Assembly: GCA_963734655.1 (NCBI GenBank)
Contig: CAVTHY010000003.1
Coordinates: 683,492 to 747,491, forward strand
DNA from: an uncultured Acidimicrobiaceae bacterium
GTDB lineage: Bacteria > Actinomycetota > Acidimicrobiia > Acidimicrobiales > RAAP-2
Reading direction: 5' to 3'
DNA length: 64,000 bases
Shown here one piece after another: positions 10,269 to 21,638 of this stretch; the stretch's first letter is position 1, and every line of letters starts with the position of its first letter. A model generated the notes under the pieces. The model did no database searches. It was not told the DNA's origin and saw only the letters and a program-made list of their open reading frames with translations. The translations under genes were made by a program, and so were the position numbers.

Positions 10269-11846
10269 TTAGAAGAAGCCCATTGGCTTGGTGCTGTAGC
10301 TGACCAGCAGGTTCTTCGTCTGGGAGTAGTGCTCCAACATCATCGCGTGGTTCTCTCGACCGATACCCGAGATCTTGTAGCCTCCAAAGGCCGCACCCGC
10401 CGGGTAGAGGTGGTAGCAATTCGTCCACACGCGCCCCGCCTGGATGCCGCGGCCCATCCGATACGCCAGGTTCCCGTCGCGCGTCCACACACCCGCACCG
10501 AGACCGTAGAGCGTGTCGTTCGCCAACTCCAGCGCCTCGGCTTCGTCCTTGAAGGTCGTCACCGCCAGCACCGGACCGAAGATCTCCTCCTGGAAGACGC
10601 GCATCTTGTTGTCACCCTTGAGGACGGTGGGCTCGAAGTAGTAGCCGTTCTCGAACTCGCCACCGACGCTCTTCGCCTCTCCACCGATGAGTACTTGCGC
10701 ACCCTCGTCCTTACCGATCTTGACGTAGGACTCGATCTTGTCCAACTGTTGGCTCGAGACTTGGGGTCCGATCATCGTCCGGGTGTCCAGGGGATTGCCT
10801 TGGGTGATCTTGGCGATCCGCGCGAGGCAGCGCTCCATGAACTTGTCGTAGATCGACTCTTGGATGAGGGCGCGCGAGGGACAGGTGCAGACTTCGCCCT
10901 TGTTGAAGGCGTAGAGGATCAGTCCCTCGACCGCCTTGTCCAAGAAATCGTCGTCGGCGTTCATGACGTCGGCGAAGAAGATGTTGGGCGACTTGCCACC
11001 CAGTTCGACCGTGGAGGGGATCAGGTTCTCGGCGGCGTACTGCATGATGAGTCGACCAGTGGTGGTCTCGCCGGTGAAGCCGATCTTCGCGATGCGCGGA
11101 CTGGTGGCGAGGGCCTTACCAATCTCCGCTCCGGGACCGGTGACGATGTTGATGACTCCCGGCGGCACGATGCCGTCGAGCAACTCGGCGAACTTCAGAA
11201 TCGACCACGGCGTCGGCGACGCGGGCTTCACCACCGTGCAGTTTCCCGCCGCGAGGGCCGGGGCGATCTTCCACGCCGCCATCAGGATCGGGAAGTTGAA
11301 CGGGATGATCTGACCCACGACGCCCAGGGGCTCGTGGAAGTGGAACGCCACCGTGTCCTTGTCGATCTCGGTCGAACGACCCTCGAGGGAGCGCGTGGCG
11401 CCCGCGAAGTAGCGAAAGTGGTCGACGGCTAAGGGAATATCCGCGGCCAGGGTCTCACGTACCGGCTTGCCGTTCTCCCAACTCTCCGCGACCGCCATCA
11501 TCGTGAGGTTCTTCTCGAGGACGTCGGCGATCGCGTTGAGCACCTTCGCGCGATCGGCGAGCGAGGTCTCACCCCACGCCTGACGGGCGGCGTGCGCGGC
11601 GTCCAGCGCCAATTCGACGTCTTCCTTGGTCGAGCGCGCCACCTGACAGAACGCTTTGCCGTCGGCGGGCGACACGTCATCCATGTACTCCCCCTTTACC
11701 GGGGCCACCCACTGGCCGCCGATGAAGTTCTCGTAGCGCGCCTTGAGGGTGACGAGGCTTCCCTCGACTCCCGGTGCGACGAACACCGTTACGTTGTCGG
11801 CCGGGTCGGACTGCGACGCCGCATCCTTTTCGAGTAGGTCAGTCAT
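10269..11846 (-). CDS. Aldehyde dehydrogenase, AldB/ExaC type
   Basis: [56 protein letters not shown]. Confidence 0.93.
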   Translation of the reverse strand: MTDLLEKDAASQSDPADNVTVFVAPGVEGSLVTLKARYENFIGGQWVAPVKGEYMDDVSPADGKAFCQVARSTKEDVELALDAAHAARQAWGETSLADRAKVLNAIADVLEKNLTMMAVAESWENGKPVRETLAADIPLAVDHFRYFAGATRSLEGRSTEIDKDTVAFHFHEPLGVVGQIIPFNFPILMAAWKIAPALAAGNCTVVKPASPTPWSILKFAELLDGIVPPGVINIVTGPGAEIGKALATSPRIAKIGFTGETTTGRLIMQYAAENLIPSTVELGGKSPNIFFADVMNADDDFLDKAVEGLILYAFNKGEVCTCPSRALIQESIYDKFMERCLARIAKITQGNPLDTRTMIGPQVSSQQLDKIESYVKIGKDEGAQVLIGGEAKSVGGEFENGYYFEPTVLKGDNKMRVFQEEIFGPVLAVTTFKDEAEALELANDTLYGLGAGVWTRDGNLAYRMGRGIQAGRVWTNCYHLYPAGAAFGGYKISGIGRENHAMMLEHYSQTKNLLVSYSTKPMGFF

Positions 11847-12029
11847 AAGTGCCTCCAGATTCATGCGTGACGTTTGCCACCTTCTGGCAGTATGGCGCGC
11901 ATCCTCCAAGATGCTGGGGGTCCAAAGTCCTTTGGTCGAATCACCGTGGAGAAGGGGCTTACGCCCCTGTCGTCCGCCAACTCCCGTCGCCAAGATGGGG
12001 ACCGTCAACCTACGAAACGAGGTGCCCCG

Positions 12030-13049
12030 ATGTCACCAGCGATGCGAGCGTGGTCCGTGCCGACGCCCGGGCCGCTCGACACCAATCCACTGGTCCTCTC
12101 GGAGCGTGACGTTCCGATTCCCCACTTTGGCCAGTTGCGACTGCGCGTCGTCGCGTGCGGCGTGTGTCGAACCGACCTGCACGTGAGCGAGGGCGACCTC
12201 GCCGTGCACCGCACGAACGTGGTGCCCGGCCACGAGATCGTGGGGGTCGTCGACGAACTCGGACCCGGTGCCTCTAAATTCCAGTTGGGCGAGCGAGTGG
12301 GCGCCGCCTGGTTGGCCCGGACGTGCGGCACCTGTCGGTTCTGCCTCAGTGGCCGAGAGAATCTCTGCCTGGATCCCACCTTCACCGGTTGGGATATCGA
12401 CGGCGGCTTCGCCACGTTCGTCGTCGTGAATGAGGACTACGTGTACGCGCTGCGCGCTGATCTCGACCCCGTCGCGCTGGCCCCGTTACTCTGCGCGGGC
12501 ATCATTGGCTACCGCGCCCTTCGACGCACCGAATTGCCCGAGGGTGGTCGACTCGGGATCTACGGGTTCGGCGGCTCCGCGCACCTCACCGCCCAAATCG
12601 CGATCGCCCAAGGCGCCCGCGTCCACGTGATGACGCGATCTCGCGAGGCGCGCGAACTCGCCTTGACGCTGGGGGCCGCGAGCGTCGGTGACACGAATGA
12701 CGCACCACCGGAACTGCTCGACGGGGCCATCCTCTTCGCTCCCGTCGGCGAGATCGTCCCCGTCGCTCTCGCCTCACTGGACCGCGGAGGCGTCCTCGCC
12801 GTCGCGGGCATCTATCTGACGGATATCCCGGTTCTGCAGTACCAGCGTGACCTCTTCCAAGAAAAGACCCTGCGCAGCGTGACCGCCAATACCCGTCACG
12901 ACGGCGAGGACTTCCTCGAACTCGCCTCGAGCATCGGTATCACCACAACCGTGCATCGCTACCCTTTCGACCAGGCCGACCGCGCCCTCAGCGACCTCGC
13001 GAATGACCGATTCACCGGCGCTGCGGTACTGACCGATTTCGACGCGTAG
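12030..13049 (+). CDS. Zinc-dependent alcohol dehydrogenase
   Basis: [22 protein letters not shown]...ENLC, GIYGFG. Confidence 0.9.
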   Translation: MSPAMRAWSVPTPGPLDTNPLVLSERDVPIPHFGQLRLRVVACGVCRTDLHVSEGDLAVHRTNVVPGHEIVGVVDELGPGASKFQLGERVGAAWLARTCGTCRFCLSGRENLCLDPTFTGWDIDGGFATFVVVNEDYVYALRADLDPVALAPLLCAGIIGYRALRRTELPEGGRLGIYGFGGSAHLTAQIAIAQGARVHVMTRSREARELALTLGAASVGDTNDAPPELLDGAILFAPVGEIVPVALASLDRGGVLAVAGIYLTDIPVLQYQRDLFQEKTLRSVTANTRHDGEDFLELASSIGITTTVHRYPFDQADRALSDLANDRFTGAAVLTDFDA

Positions 13050-13158
13050 TTCCTCGGAGCAACGTCGCGGCCCTACGGGTCTCTGATCCGCCGTGGACAC
13101 CCGGGTGCAACGCGGCGGCGGCGAAGGATGTGGGCGGACTCGGCCCGTCCGCGCCCAC

Positions 13159-15477
13159 CTAGAACCCTGGTCCGCCGTCCCAGACCTTCAAGAGCTGGTC
13201 CACGGCCTGCGCGTCGAGGGGTCGCGAGAAGAGAAAGCCCTGTCCCGTGTCCACCTTCTCGTCGATCAGCTGACGACGCTGTTCGTCGCTCTCGACACCT
13301 TCGGCAATGGTCTCGAGGCCCAGGACCTTGCCCAGTTGAACCAGGGTGTGCACGAGAGCGGTCGCTTCTCTGGTGTCGACGATACCCGACACGAAACTCC
13401 GGTCGATCTTCAAGATATCGATGGGGAACTGTCGCAGGTACGCCAACGAGGAGTAGCCGGTGCCGAAGTCGTCGATCGCGAGATGCACGCCGAGTTCCTT
13501 AAGGGCGGTGAGACGCGGAATCGTCGCGGCGACGTCATGCATCAAGGAACTCTCGGTGATCTCCAAGATGAGTTTGTCGGCGTCGAAGCCACTCGACACC
13601 AACGCCTCGCGGACGTCGTCGACGATCCGGTCCCGTTCCAATTGGCGCACCGAGATGTTCACCGAGACCGCAAACCGGTGGCCTTCGCGGTGCCAACTGG
13701 CGCCCTGACGACAGGCCTCCTGCAACACCCAGAGCCCGACCGGCACGATCAAGCCACTCGCTTCGAGAGCGGGGATGAAGTCGTCGGGCATGACGACGCC
13801 GCGCACCGGGTGACGCCATCGCAGGAGCGCCTCCACCCCGGTGAAGGCTCCGGTGGCGAGATCGATGGTGGGTTGGTAGAGGAGGAAGAATTGTTGAGCC
13901 GCGATGCCCGAACCGAGGTCCACCGCGAGGGAGCGGTGTTCGTCCACGACCTTCTGCATCGAGGGCAGGAAGACCACGGCGCATTGCTTGCCCACGCTCT
14001 TTGCCTGGTACATCGCGATGTCGGCGTCGCGCAACAACTCCTCGGGCTTGGTGCGCACGCCCTCGGCGATGCCGATGCTGACCGTCACGTTCAAGGGGAC
14101 GTCGCTGGCGGGAATCTCGAAGGGGGACCTCATCACGTCGAGCACCCGCTGGGCCACCGCTTCGGCGCCGGGCGCCAACGAGGCGCCCTCGGCCAGGATG
14201 ACGAACTCGTCGCCGCCGAGACGGCCGACGGTGTCTCCCTCTCGCAGCATGTTCGACAGGCGCGCCCCGACGCCCACGAGGAGTTGATCGCCCGCGTCGT
14301 GACCCAGGGTGTCATTGATGTCCTTGAAGTTGTCGAGGTCCAAGAAGAGCACTGCGACGTCCACGTGATCTCGGCGCGCACGCGCCAGCATCTGATCGAT
14401 GCGGTCCAGGATCAGGGCCCGGTTGGGCAGTCCGGTGAGCGAATCGTGCAGTGCCTGGTGCTGCAACTGGTCGGTGCGTTCGTGCACCATCACCAGGGCG
14501 CGCGAACGCCCCGTGCCCAGCACGTAGATCAGCGTCGCGAACAACACGCTGAACAAGAGGCCGCCGAGCAGCACGATGAGCGCGCTGGAGTTGTTCAACA
14601 CCCCGCCCGCCTTCGACGCGGCGAACGTCTGGACGCTCCAGCCGTTGTGCAGTCCAATGGTGGTCGACTGCGCGTGCGCGGGCGCCACGCCGGCCCTGAA
14701 CGTCACCACGGAGGAGTGGTCGCGGTAGACGAACGCCACCGCGGTCCTCGGGTGGTCCGCCAGCGCCGTGGTCAAGAGCACGCTCGGGGTCACCTGCGTG
14801 CCGATCCACCCGATGAAGTCGGCTCGACGCGCCTGCACCGTCGAGGGTACGACACCCGTGGTGTAGACCGGCGTACCCACCACGAGCCCTTCACCGCTCC
14901 CCGAGCCGTAGGGCAGGTAGGCGCCCACGCCCGTGTCGCGGGCCTTCAAGAACTGGGGACCCAGCACCGTGTCGCAGTAGTCGAAGCCCACCGGGGTCAC
15001 CGATTGCCCCGAGCGCGACTGGGCGACGTTGGTGAAGCAGTAGTAGGGGCGCACCCCGGCGGGAATGATCTGGAAGGTGCCGTGCGCGCCGAGCGTGCCC
15101 GCCGGATCCTTCAATGCCCGCGCCTCGAAAGCGGAGAGACGCGCGGCCGGGACCACCACCACCTGGGCGATGCCCGCCAATTCCGGGTACTGCGCGAAGG
15201 TGTGCGACGCGGTGAGCCACTGGCGGTACTGCGCCCCGGTCGGATCGGGAGTGCCCACGAAGAAGGCGCCGGCATTGACCACGAGGTCCTGTTCGTGCTG
15301 GATGGCCAATTGCAACGTCGAGGCGATCTGTTCTGAGGATGCGACGAAGGACTGGTGGGCGGCTTGGGCGTTGTTACGCGCCACGACGGTGGCGGCGAGG
15401 AGCGAACCACCGAAACCGACCGCGACCATGACCGCCGCCACGACGAGCCAGAGACTGCGTCGCGCACCCGCCGTCAT
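13159..15477 (-). CDS. Membrane-anchored CHASE-like sensor + GGDEF + EAL protein
   Basis: Two TM helices around an extracellular domain; HDSLTGLPNR, RLGGDEF, YQP..VEALLRW, DDFGTGYSS, AEGVE. Confidence 0.9.
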   Translation of the reverse strand: MTAGARRSLWLVVAAVMVAVGFGGSLLAATVVARNNAQAAHQSFVASSEQIASTLQLAIQHEQDLVVNAGAFFVGTPDPTGAQYRQWLTASHTFAQYPELAGIAQVVVVPAARLSAFEARALKDPAGTLGAHGTFQIIPAGVRPYYCFTNVAQSRSGQSVTPVGFDYCDTVLGPQFLKARDTGVGAYLPYGSGSGEGLVVGTPVYTTGVVPSTVQARRADFIGWIGTQVTPSVLLTTALADHPRTAVAFVYRDHSSVVTFRAGVAPAHAQSTTIGLHNGWSVQTFAASKAGGVLNNSSALIVLLGGLLFSVLFATLIYVLGTGRSRALVMVHERTDQLQHQALHDSLTGLPNRALILDRIDQMLARARRDHVDVAVLFLDLDNFKDINDTLGHDAGDQLLVGVGARLSNMLREGDTVGRLGGDEFVILAEGASLAPGAEAVAQRVLDVMRSPFEIPASDVPLNVTVSIGIAEGVRTKPEELLRDADIAMYQAKSVGKQCAVVFLPSMQKVVDEHRSLAVDLGSGIAAQQFFLLYQPTIDLATGAFTGVEALLRWRHPVRGVVMPDDFIPALEASGLIVPVGLWVLQEACRQGASWHREGHRFAVSVNISVRQLERDRIVDDVREALVSSGFDADKLILEITESSLMHDVAATIPRLTALKELGVHLAIDDFGTGYSSLAYLRQFPIDILKIDRSFVSGIVDTREATALVHTLVQLGKVLGLETIAEGVESDEQRRQLIDEKVDTGQGFLFSRPLDAQAVDQLLKVWDGGPGF

Positions 15478-15856
15478 CCCTCTCGCCCCTTCATCACTCC
15501 AGCCGCCTTCTTCATCACTCGCGAGACCCTCCCACCAACGCCCGACGACGCCGGGTGCTGAAAGATCCGACGGTGCGAACTCCACCTCGGTCCACGAACC
15601 ACTCCCATCATCGCCATCGCGGGACAACGCCGCACCCGCGGGGCGACAACTTGTCCACAACTCTCAACACCGCGTCACAACCCCCGCGAACAAATGACGG
15701 GCCCGGCGGAGCCCGGGTGCGGCCACCTCGCTGCCGCGGAATCGTCCAAAAGCAGCGATTGTCTCAGGTGGCCGTTCGGCGCAGTACGTGGTCCTGGCCA
15801 GCTCACGACACTTCGTCTCGGCGCACGACCCGGTGGGGTCCGACAGTCCGACCAGG

Positions 15857-17050
15857 TCATCTCCCCCGTGAATTCCCCACGACGACCAGGGCGGTCGAGA
15901 CCGGTCGCTCGAAACCTTGGGCGGGATGATTCAAGGTCCGGCCCTCGGCGAAGAACGTCGTTGAATTCCCTCCGTCGAGGTCGAGCGCGGTGACGACTTT
16001 GAGAGCGCGCAGTACTGCGACCAGCTGTGGCGCCGAGGCCCCCGACACGCCGTCCCGGCCGTCCACGGTCATGAGAAGCGTCCGGCCCGTCGCCGTCCAG
16101 CCGATCACGGTGCGCGCGAAGCGCTTGGCCATATACGTATCGGCCGCGACGATGGGGACCGCCACGCCCTGATTGATGAGAATCGGGTGTCCCCCGATAT
16201 TGTTGCACCCGCCGGAGGAGCGAGTCCTCGTAGAAATGGTCTGACCGAGATGCAGCGACGCCAGCGGCGACCCCCACGGTGCGGAAATGTCGACCTCCCC
16301 CGCCTTGACCTTCACTGCTCGGGTGGTCGTGCCCACGAGTTCGAGTTGCGCCGTCGAATTGATGGAGGTCGCACTCGGCCCGCCACCCACCAGAGCGAAC
16401 CTATAGGTGACCCGCCCCGGGGCGGAGGGGGTGCGCAAAGCGTACGGCGCGGTGAAGAGGAGGGTCCCCGACACCGCCAGATGGACGTTCACGTACGCCA
16501 TCGGCAGTTCCTGGTTGATGGCGGTGATCGCTACAGACGTGCCATTGACGTCCACGGTGTCGCTCCAGTCGAGACCCTGGCTGACGGTGCGACCGTTGAG
16601 GTTCGCCTGTTGGTGCGAGATCTCGGGGGTGTGAAGGAGTACGCAGTTCTGAATGATCCCGCCGACCTCGTCGCCGGGATCGGGCACACCCCGGCGGGTC
16701 ATGTCAAAGAAATCGCCATTGACGGCCGCGACGCAACCCGGCGTCGCCACGCACATCGAACGCGGAGTCTGCACGCCCCCGTCGATGGCGTGGTGAGCCA
16801 GGGCGATGCGTACCCGGTACCGGGACTTCGTGAAGGTCATGACGTGGATCGCCGTGGTGATGCCGAAGCGGCGACCGTTCATCGTGAAGACGCGCAGGCC
16901 CCTCTGCGCGCTCGCCCCAGTGTGGGCCGGCGTGACACTCGCTCGCGCGACAGTGGCGAGTGAGGGACCGCTCAGCGTCGCGACACTGAGGAACACCGCG
17001 GCCGCGCCGCGCCACCGCCGAACGCGGTCCGTCCCGCGGCGACTCCTCAC
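15857..17050 (-). CDS. Secreted phosphodiester glycosidase (NAGPA/DUF2233) family protein
   Basis: Signal peptide; AVNGDFF, ARTVIG, VDGR, ALDLDGGNS. Confidence 0.8.
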   Translation of the reverse strand: MRSRRGTDRVRRWRGAAAVFLSVATLSGPSLATVARASVTPAHTGASAQRGLRVFTMNGRRFGITTAIHVMTFTKSRYRVRIALAHHAIDGGVQTPRSMCVATPGCVAAVNGDFFDMTRRGVPDPGDEVGGIIQNCVLLHTPEISHQQANLNGRTVSQGLDWSDTVDVNGTSVAITAINQELPMAYVNVHLAVSGTLLFTAPYALRTPSAPGRVTYRFALVGGGPSATSINSTAQLELVGTTTRAVKVKAGEVDISAPWGSPLASLHLGQTISTRTRSSGGCNNIGGHPILINQGVAVPIVAADTYMAKRFARTVIGWTATGRTLLMTVDGRDGVSGASAPQLVAVLRALKVVTALDLDGGNSTTFFAEGRTLNHPAQGFERPVSTALVVVGNSRGR

Positions 17051-17399
17051 TGGTGGTGACCCGTCGCGAGTGGGTACGGCGGCGGTGAATGCGTACTCGT
17101 GGCATCGACCACGAGGTGACGCGCGACGTGAAGATCGGCAATGATGCGTTCGGACATAGCCGCCACGCTAGCCAGTGGTCCATTTTTGAGCGTTCCTCGA
17201 GGACCACTGGGGTCACATCATCACCTGATCAGCGCGCCTTCCCTCACGTGCCGAGTCGCGACGTGCGCGGATTCACTCGGTAGGGGCAACCGGCAGCGAT
17301 ACGCCACCAGCCCGTCCGACGTCGTCGCGTCGCCACGATCGACTCTCACCCCTCGGCCCTACCTGAATCGCACGGCGGGGGACTTTCCCTCGCGACATT

Positions 17400-19550
17400 T
17401 CATTGCGCCCCTTCACCCGTGGCGCGAGTGAAGAGCAGACGCGCGAACTTGTCCGGGAACCACCAATTACGTTTGCCGAAGAGAACTACCAACGATGGTA
17501 CGAAGAGCGCGCGGATGAGCGTCGCGTCAAGAAGGATGCCGATCCCCAGGCCCGTCGCCAGGATCCTCACGTCGGTGAGGGGCGCTGAGGCCAGACTGAT
17601 GAACGCCAGGAACAAGATGAGGGCCGCACTCGTCACCAGTCGGCCGGTGCGCCCGAGACCTTCGATGAGGGCGTCATTCGTCGAACGACCGGCGTCGTAC
17701 TCTTCTCGCACTCGGGTGAGGATGAACACCTCATAGTCCATCGAGAGCCCGAAGAGGAACGCGAAGACCGTGATGGGCACCCAGAAGGTGATGGCCCCCG
17801 TGGCCGGTATACCAAAGACGGGCGACGACCCGTGCCCGTCCTGCCAGAACCACGTGAGGATCCCGAACGTGGCCGCGAGCGACACCACGTTCAACACCAC
17901 GGCCTTCACGGCAAGGATGATGGACCGCAGTGCTCGCGCCAGCAACAAGAAGGTGAGGATCGTCAGGACGAGCAGCATCAACGGAGTGTTCCCGTAGACG
18001 GCCGAGGAGAACGCCTGCTGACCCGGTCCCTCTCCCGCCACGCCCGTCACACCCGTCGTCGTGCTCAGCGCGCTCTCGACCGAGCGGGTGGGACCCAACG
18101 TCGAACTGTTGAGCGTCTCGATCGTGGGGACCACGACGACGTCGGCGTAGCCGGCCCGCGTGCCCGAGGAACCGCTTGGCCACACCGCGGCCTGCACCCC
18201 GCTGACGCCCTGCAACGACTGCACGGTCGCCTTCGCGTGCGCCGCGTCGACGAGGACCTCCATCGGCGTGATCACCCCCGCGGGTATCCCACCGTCCAAC
18301 AATTCTTGGTACAACTGGTGGGCGGGACCACTCTGCGCCTCCGCCTGCGCGGACGTCTGGCCGATACTCAGATGCCACACCGGCGAGATCGCGATACCGA
18401 GGATCACGACCGCCGCGGCCAGACCCCACCACGGACGTTTCGCGATGGAACTCGCCCACGCCGTCCACCCCCGACTCGCCGACCTCTCATTGCGGAGGCG
18501 CGGCCAGTCCCAGCGCGGGCCCACCCGCGAGAGCACGGCGGGTAGGAGAGTGAGTACCACCGCCACCGAAACGAGCGGGATCAACATCCCGCCGATGCCG
18601 GTGCTGCGCAGGAACGGGACCGGCAACACAATGAGTGACATCAGTCCAATGGCGACGGTGAGCCCGGACAACAACACGGCGCGCCCCGCCGTCTCCATAG
18701 CCTTGACGATGGCGTCGTCGTTGGACTCGCCTCGAGCGCGCTCCTCACGCCAACGAGTCACCAGCAGAAGTGAGTAGTCGATCGCGACGCCGAGTCCCAC
18801 CAGTGAGACGAGGAACTGGACGATGAACGACACCGAGGTGACGTAGGACAGGCCCAACAACACGAGGAACGTCGTGAGGATCGACACCGACGCGATCAGC
18901 AGCGGCAGCACCGCGAGGAACGAGGCGAAGACGAATGCCAACACCGCTAAGGCGCCCACTCCCGCGAGCAGCGTCTCGATAAGGACACTCGGGCCCTTGG
19001 ACGACCCGCCCGAACTCAAGGCCGCGATGCCGGTGAGTCCCACCTGGTCGCCCGGCAGTGCTCGGGTCACCGTGGCCTGCGCCGCCGCGGTCGGGACATT
19101 GGCCCCGAAGCCACTACTCGGTGGGGCGAACAGGTAGGCGTAGGTCGTACGTCCGTTGGCGGTGATGAATGCGGGACTCCCGGTGTTGAAGTAGTCGACG
19201 ATGCGCACGGCGGGAGTGGCCCGCTGCGCCGACGCCAAGGCCGACGCTATTGACGAGTGATCACCCCGCACGCTCTGGCCGCTGGGCACGGTCACCACGA
19301 GCACCGAAGGCGTCGTGTTGCCGCCATTGCCGTAGAGCGAGAAGATCTTCACTCCCGTCTCGTAGGCGGGTTGACCGGGCAGTGAGAAGTCGTAGCTCAG
19401 TCGCCCGGTGAGTTGCGACGCGGCGTACCCACCGGTCGCGAAGCACACCAACCACGCTAGGAAGACGCGCCGGCGATGGCGGATGACCCATCGCGCCAGC
19501 CGACCCAGGATCGAGGATTCCCCCGCTTCACTTGACAAGGTCGTCACCAT
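17400..19550 (-). CDS. MMPL family (RND) transporter
   Basis: GLGVAIDYSLLLVTRWREE and FGLSMDYEVFILTRVREE; ~12 TM. Confidence 0.92.
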   Translation of the reverse strand: MVTTLSSEAGESSILGRLARWVIRHRRRVFLAWLVCFATGGYAASQLTGRLSYDFSLPGQPAYETGVKIFSLYGNGGNTTPSVLVVTVPSGQSVRGDHSSIASALASAQRATPAVRIVDYFNTGSPAFITANGRTTYAYLFAPPSSGFGANVPTAAAQATVTRALPGDQVGLTGIAALSSGGSSKGPSVLIETLLAGVGALAVLAFVFASFLAVLPLLIASVSILTTFLVLLGLSYVTSVSFIVQFLVSLVGLGVAIDYSLLLVTRWREERARGESNDDAIVKAMETAGRAVLLSGLTVAIGLMSLIVLPVPFLRSTGIGGMLIPLVSVAVVLTLLPAVLSRVGPRWDWPRLRNERSASRGWTAWASSIAKRPWWGLAAAVVILGIAISPVWHLSIGQTSAQAEAQSGPAHQLYQELLDGGIPAGVITPMEVLVDAAHAKATVQSLQGVSGVQAAVWPSGSSGTRAGYADVVVVPTIETLNSSTLGPTRSVESALSTTTGVTGVAGEGPGQQAFSSAVYGNTPLMLLVLTILTFLLLARALRSIILAVKAVVLNVVSLAATFGILTWFWQDGHGSSPVFGIPATGAITFWVPITVFAFLFGLSMDYEVFILTRVREEYDAGRSTNDALIEGLGRTGRLVTSAALILFLAFISLASAPLTDVRILATGLGIGILLDATLIRALFVPSLVVLFGKRNWWFPDKFARLLFTRATGEGAQ

Positions 19551-19619
19551 TCCTTCTCATTCGAATTAGTTTCAATCGAATAGTTCTATCATGAATGTTT
19601 AGCGAGATACAATTAATTC

Positions 19620-20144
19620 ATGAGGCATGCCGCACCAGAGAATGTAACGCCAGCGGGTGACGCCGCGATGAGCCGGACGGTTAATTCCGTGGGATTCTCC
19701 TTGTCACAAATCGGCTTGGAGACTGCTCGGCAATTTGGCGAGATCGTCGGCGCCCTCGGCCTCGAGCCACGCCATTTCGCGGTGCTGCACGCCGTGCAGC
19801 GCGCCGAGGGACAGGCCCAGCAGGCGATCGCCGACCGCTTGGCGATCCCCGCGAGCACCATGGTGGCGATCGTCGATCATCTCGAGGGAGAAGGATTACT
19901 CGAACGACGGCCTCACCCCACCGATCGGCGCACTCGAGTCTTGCTCTTGACTGCGCGAGGCGAATTGTTGCTGACCCGGGCGCTCAGCGCGGCGCAGGTG
20001 CAGGAGGCGCGCATATGCACGGGCCTGGAACCACGCGAGCGCGATCAGTTGCTCGCCCTGCTGGGTCGAATATCTCAGAATCTGGGGATTCCATCATCTG
20101 CATTGCCGGACCGAGGTAGTGGCCACCGCCCCCAGGGACTGTAA
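19620..20144 (+). CDS. MarR family regulator, divergent from MMPL
   Basis: wHTH with LE.EGLLERRPHPTDRR...LT..G. Confidence 0.9.
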   Translation: MRHAAPENVTPAGDAAMSRTVNSVGFSLSQIGLETARQFGEIVGALGLEPRHFAVLHAVQRAEGQAQQAIADRLAIPASTMVAIVDHLEGEGLLERRPHPTDRRTRVLLLTARGELLLTRALSAAQVQEARICTGLEPRERDQLLALLGRISQNLGIPSSALPDRGSGHRPQGL

Positions 20145-20572
20145 GAGGTCGCGCCGTGTGAAATTATGTTGACGAAATTTTCGAGTAGGGCGACGACCCG
20201 CCGTCACGTTCAATGGGAGCGTACCCGGCCCGAGTTGGCCCTCAGCCCAGATAGCCGAGCGAGTCACATGGTGCAAGCAGCACTCAAGGGTCAGCTTCAG
20301 ACATCCCTTGCGGTGCGAAATTGTTGAGAGATCCTATAGGGCGACGAGTCGACGACTTCAACTCAGTACACGTTGATGTCCCCTCCATTGGAGTAAATCG
20401 GGAGGGGCGTGAAGTTGTAAATGTTTGACGAATCGGGGGCGATCACACCGTCGAGCCACAGGTGTTCTATCCAAGATCTCTGGTGGAAGTCGATGAGCGC
20501 AATCCAGGGTAGGTTGCCGAGTTCCGCCCTGGACGCGCCACTGCACGACGGGTGATGTTCATGTCGTTCCCA

Positions 20573-20614
20573 GCGCTCGATCCCGTTCGATCGATATCGA
20601 GCGGGATCGAGCGC
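20573..20614 (-). terminator. Strong stem-loop immediately after the 20621-20956 gene
   Basis: 19-bp arms GCGCTCGATCCCGTTCGAT / ATCGAGCGGGATCGAGCGC with one mismatch. Confidence 0.55.
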
Positions 20615-20620
20615 CAGCGA

Positions 20621-20956
20621 TTAGAGACTGATCTTGGTGGCCATGATGGTTGACCCGGTGAGGGTGCCCGTCACGCCAATCATCCCCCCAGCCTTCACTT
20701 TCTTGGGCGAACCCAACGTGAACTTCGTCATCGCGGTGTAGTGAACCTTGTAGGTCTTCATGCCGACCTTCATGGTGAAAGAGCCGTCCGAACCCATCAT
20801 GGCGTTCACCTTCTCCACCGTGCCGTGCCAGGAATGGGTCTTCATGGTGCTCGCCGACGCAGTATTCGCCTGAACGGCGACAGTCGTCGCCACAACTCCA
20901 AACGATCCGGCCAGGATGGCGAGCGATGCAACCGTACTGCGGAGTGACTTCTTCAT
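20621..20956 (-). CDS. Small secreted basic protein (DUF5666-like OB-fold)
   Basis: GGAGG RBS, signal peptide ending ASA, GTV..V..FT..V..TKF..G..I.VTG..I.ATKI beta pattern. Confidence 0.6.
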   Translation of the reverse strand: MKKSLRSTVASLAILAGSFGVVATTVAVQANTASASTMKTHSWHGTVEKVNAMMGSDGSFTMKVGMKTYKVHYTAMTKFTLGSPKKVKAGGMIGVTGTLTGSTIMATKISL

Positions 20957-21497
20957 TTCTTTTTTCCCTCCAGTGGGACTCTTTGGTGAACAAAGCGTCG
21001 AACGGACCGTTTCCGTTCGATAGTTGAGTCCCCTAACTCTCGAATCCGTTACACCTCATTGGCTACTGAGCCGACCTGCGGTCGAGGGCCTCCGCGAAGT
21101 GAACAGGTAGGGAGAACCGTCCAGTTCAATCCCGGTGAACGACATCGGCGAAATCCGTCCTACCCCTCCATCGAGGCTGTCGCGCAACGATGGAACCCAC
21201 GGCCAGCACGGATCAAGGGTCCTGAACCTCTCGCTTCCACTATTGCGCGGCAACATCGCCAATGCCCAAAGGATCTGGAGTCCAAGACGACATCGCCGCC
21301 TCACGCAGTGAAACTGAATTCCACTCGACATCCAAAATAAAGTCAATGAATCTCTAAATCCTGTCCCACTCACACCGTTGCGTCACAGAGTCCATCGTCG
21401 AATCTTTGACGAAGTGGGTGAGGATTATCCGGTGGTTCACCGTGTCTACCTTTGCCCCAACGACCAAGTCATTGAAGTGAGCGGCATCGATTGACTT

Positions 21498-21531
21498 GCT
21501 CGTCATTCGCACGTAAGATCGCATTGCGAAC
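21498..21531. promoter_or_regulatory. Tandem IclR-type operator pair 1
   Basis: GCTCG-TCATT-CGCAC (21498) and GATCG-CATTG-CGAAC (21517), upstream of SDR 21639. Confidence 0.65.
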
Positions 21532-21638
21532 AAATAACTATTGATTCGCGCAACGTCGTAGAGAATTCGTAGAAGGATTGGCAACGCCCACGTGAAAACC
21601 GTCATGACATCGTCACAGGCCAGACGGGATGGATCGAA

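Noticed and set aside
13093-15336. 747-aa + strand ORF
   Set aside because: Antisense shadow of the GGDEF/EAL gene; no motifs, typical of high-GC DNA
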